Shown: positions 23,353-24,000 of the stretch, one piece after another | Layout of the letters: every line of letters begins with the position of its first letter | Numbering within the stretch: position 1 is the first letter of the stretch | Position numbers and translations under genes: made by a program | The notes under the pieces: generated by a model | What the model was told of the DNA's origin: nothing | Databases searched by the model: none | The model's input: only the letters and a program-made list of their open reading frames with translations | NCBI RefSeq assembly: GCF_026008515.1 | Contig: NZ_BQYM01000007.1 | Span: forward strand, 196,067-220,066 | Source: Lolliginicoccus levis | GTDB taxonomy: Bacteria > Actinomycetota > Actinomycetes > Mycobacteriales > Mycobacteriaceae | Reading direction: 5' to 3' | DNA: 24,000 nucleotides

Positions 23353-23925
23353 ATGGGCATGCGGGGAGCGGCGGCGGGGTTGGTTCTGGCTGCGGGGCTG
23401 CTGGTGGGGTGCGGCCTGCCTGTTGCCACCGAGGGTGGCGGGGAGGCGACGACCATCGCTGCCACCCCGACCGCGCCGCAGCGCCCGCCCGCGCTGTTCG
23501 ATCCGTGCACCGATATCCCCGACGAGGCGCTGGAAGCGGTGGATGTGGAGCGGGACTCGCAGTACATGAGCCTGTACGGGACGGTGAAGCTGTCGGGGGA
23601 GCACTGGGATGACCACCGGGAGTGCGCGTGGCGGGGCGAGGATCATCGCATCTTCATTGTCTCGGAGATGCGCTCGCTTGATGAGGTGCGCCAACGACCC
23701 ATCGCCTCGGTCGTCACCGACGTGGTGATCAATGGTCGTGCCGGGATCCGCAGCAACCTCGACTCGTGCGGGGCGCGGTTGTGCGCGGAGATCGCGCTGC
23801 CCACGGGGGAGGGCACGGTGTGGGTGAACCTGAGGTTGTCGCCCCTCGGGGACCGTTCGCTGCATGCTAACGAGGAGGTCATCCGCTACACGACCCTGCT
23901 CGAGCCCTATCTGCCTGCCCGCTAG
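23353..23925 (+). CDS. Putative secreted lipoprotein (DUF3558/LprB-LprC-like)
   Basis: The ATG at 23353 or 23359 follows AAAGGGG. The signal peptide with lipobox is MGMRGAAAGLVLAAGLLVGC. The mature part begins with a low-complexity linker and then ...ALFDPCTDIPDEALEAV..., and it has conserved-looking Cys pairs. Confidence 0.6.
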   Translation: MGMRGAAAGLVLAAGLLVGCGLPVATEGGGEATTIAATPTAPQRPPALFDPCTDIPDEALEAVDVERDSQYMSLYGTVKLSGEHWDDHRECAWRGEDHRIFIVSEMRSLDEVRQRPIASVVTDVVINGRAGIRSNLDSCGARLCAEIALPTGEGTVWVNLRLSPLGDRSLHANEEVIRYTTLLEPYLPAR

Positions 23926-23963
23926 CCACGAGCTAAAGCGCCGCGCGGCTCCTTACCTGGGAG

Positions 23964-24000
23964 TCTGCTGGTCATTGGCACGAGGCACGCCGCGACACGA
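23964..24000 (+). repeat. Hairpin-repeat copy D, divergent left arm plus conserved loop half, truncated by the window end
   Basis: TCTGCTGGTCATTGGCACGAGGCACGCCGCGACACGA aligns with copy C positions 23156-23192 at 27/37 positions. 15 of the last 16 positions (CACGCCGCGACACG block) match. It begins 39 nt after the lipoprotein stop. Confidence 0.6.

Noticed and set aside
18541-24000. CRISPR array or integron attC interpretation of the hairpin repeats.
   Set aside because: The spacing is 0.8-3.7 kb and the intervening DNA contains whole genes, so this is not CRISPR. No cas genes are present. The arms lack the attC R-box core (GTTRRRY/RYYYAAC). No intI-like integrase or attI is in the window, and one 'cassette' would be a 3.5-kb convergent four-gene module. 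Only the cassette-like logic is kept as a hypothesis in the findings.

Overview
This is a high-GC (about 70%) actinobacterial chromosome segment. Nt 5.2-16 kb is colinear with the M. tuberculosis Rv0981-Rv0996 core block: mprA-mprB-pepD-moaB2, mscL, the Rv0990c/Rv0991c(ruc)-like pair, 5-FCL, and galU-moeA1(glp)-rimJ-Rv0996(sepX/glpR). I therefore infer a Mycobacteriales-type genome. The left part holds the purH 3' end, an AEC permease, and a divergent cluster of six cysteine-less ribosomal-protein paralogues. L28-L33-S14-S18 lie on the minus strand and L31B-L32 on the plus strand, arranged around a COG0523-like protein that has lost its P-loop and CxCC motifs. Three regulatory sites are readable directly. 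One is a near-perfect CIRCE (HrcA) operator upstream of the ruc-like gene. The second is an 8-3-8 MprA-type direct repeat upstream of pepD. The third is an AT-rich palindromic control region between the ribosomal-paralogue operons. The right part holds a 718-aa ORF fusing an ACT-like domain to a WS/DGAT acyltransferase, tRNA-Ala(CGC), and an accessory-looking segment. That segment contains a Ddn-like deazaflavin oxidoreductase, a DesK/NarL-type two-component system convergent with an ABC-2 exporter, and a lipoprotein. The most interesting signal is in this segment. Four same-orientation copies of a 69-nt hairpin repeat (20-nt arms, invariant 29-nt loop, half-conserved loop sequence) sit in every intergenic gap after the tRNA. 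I cannot assign this repeat to any known element family from memory. No CRISPR array, IS element, integrase or rRNA was seen. Many long antisense ORFs in the track are GC-driven shadow ORFs.
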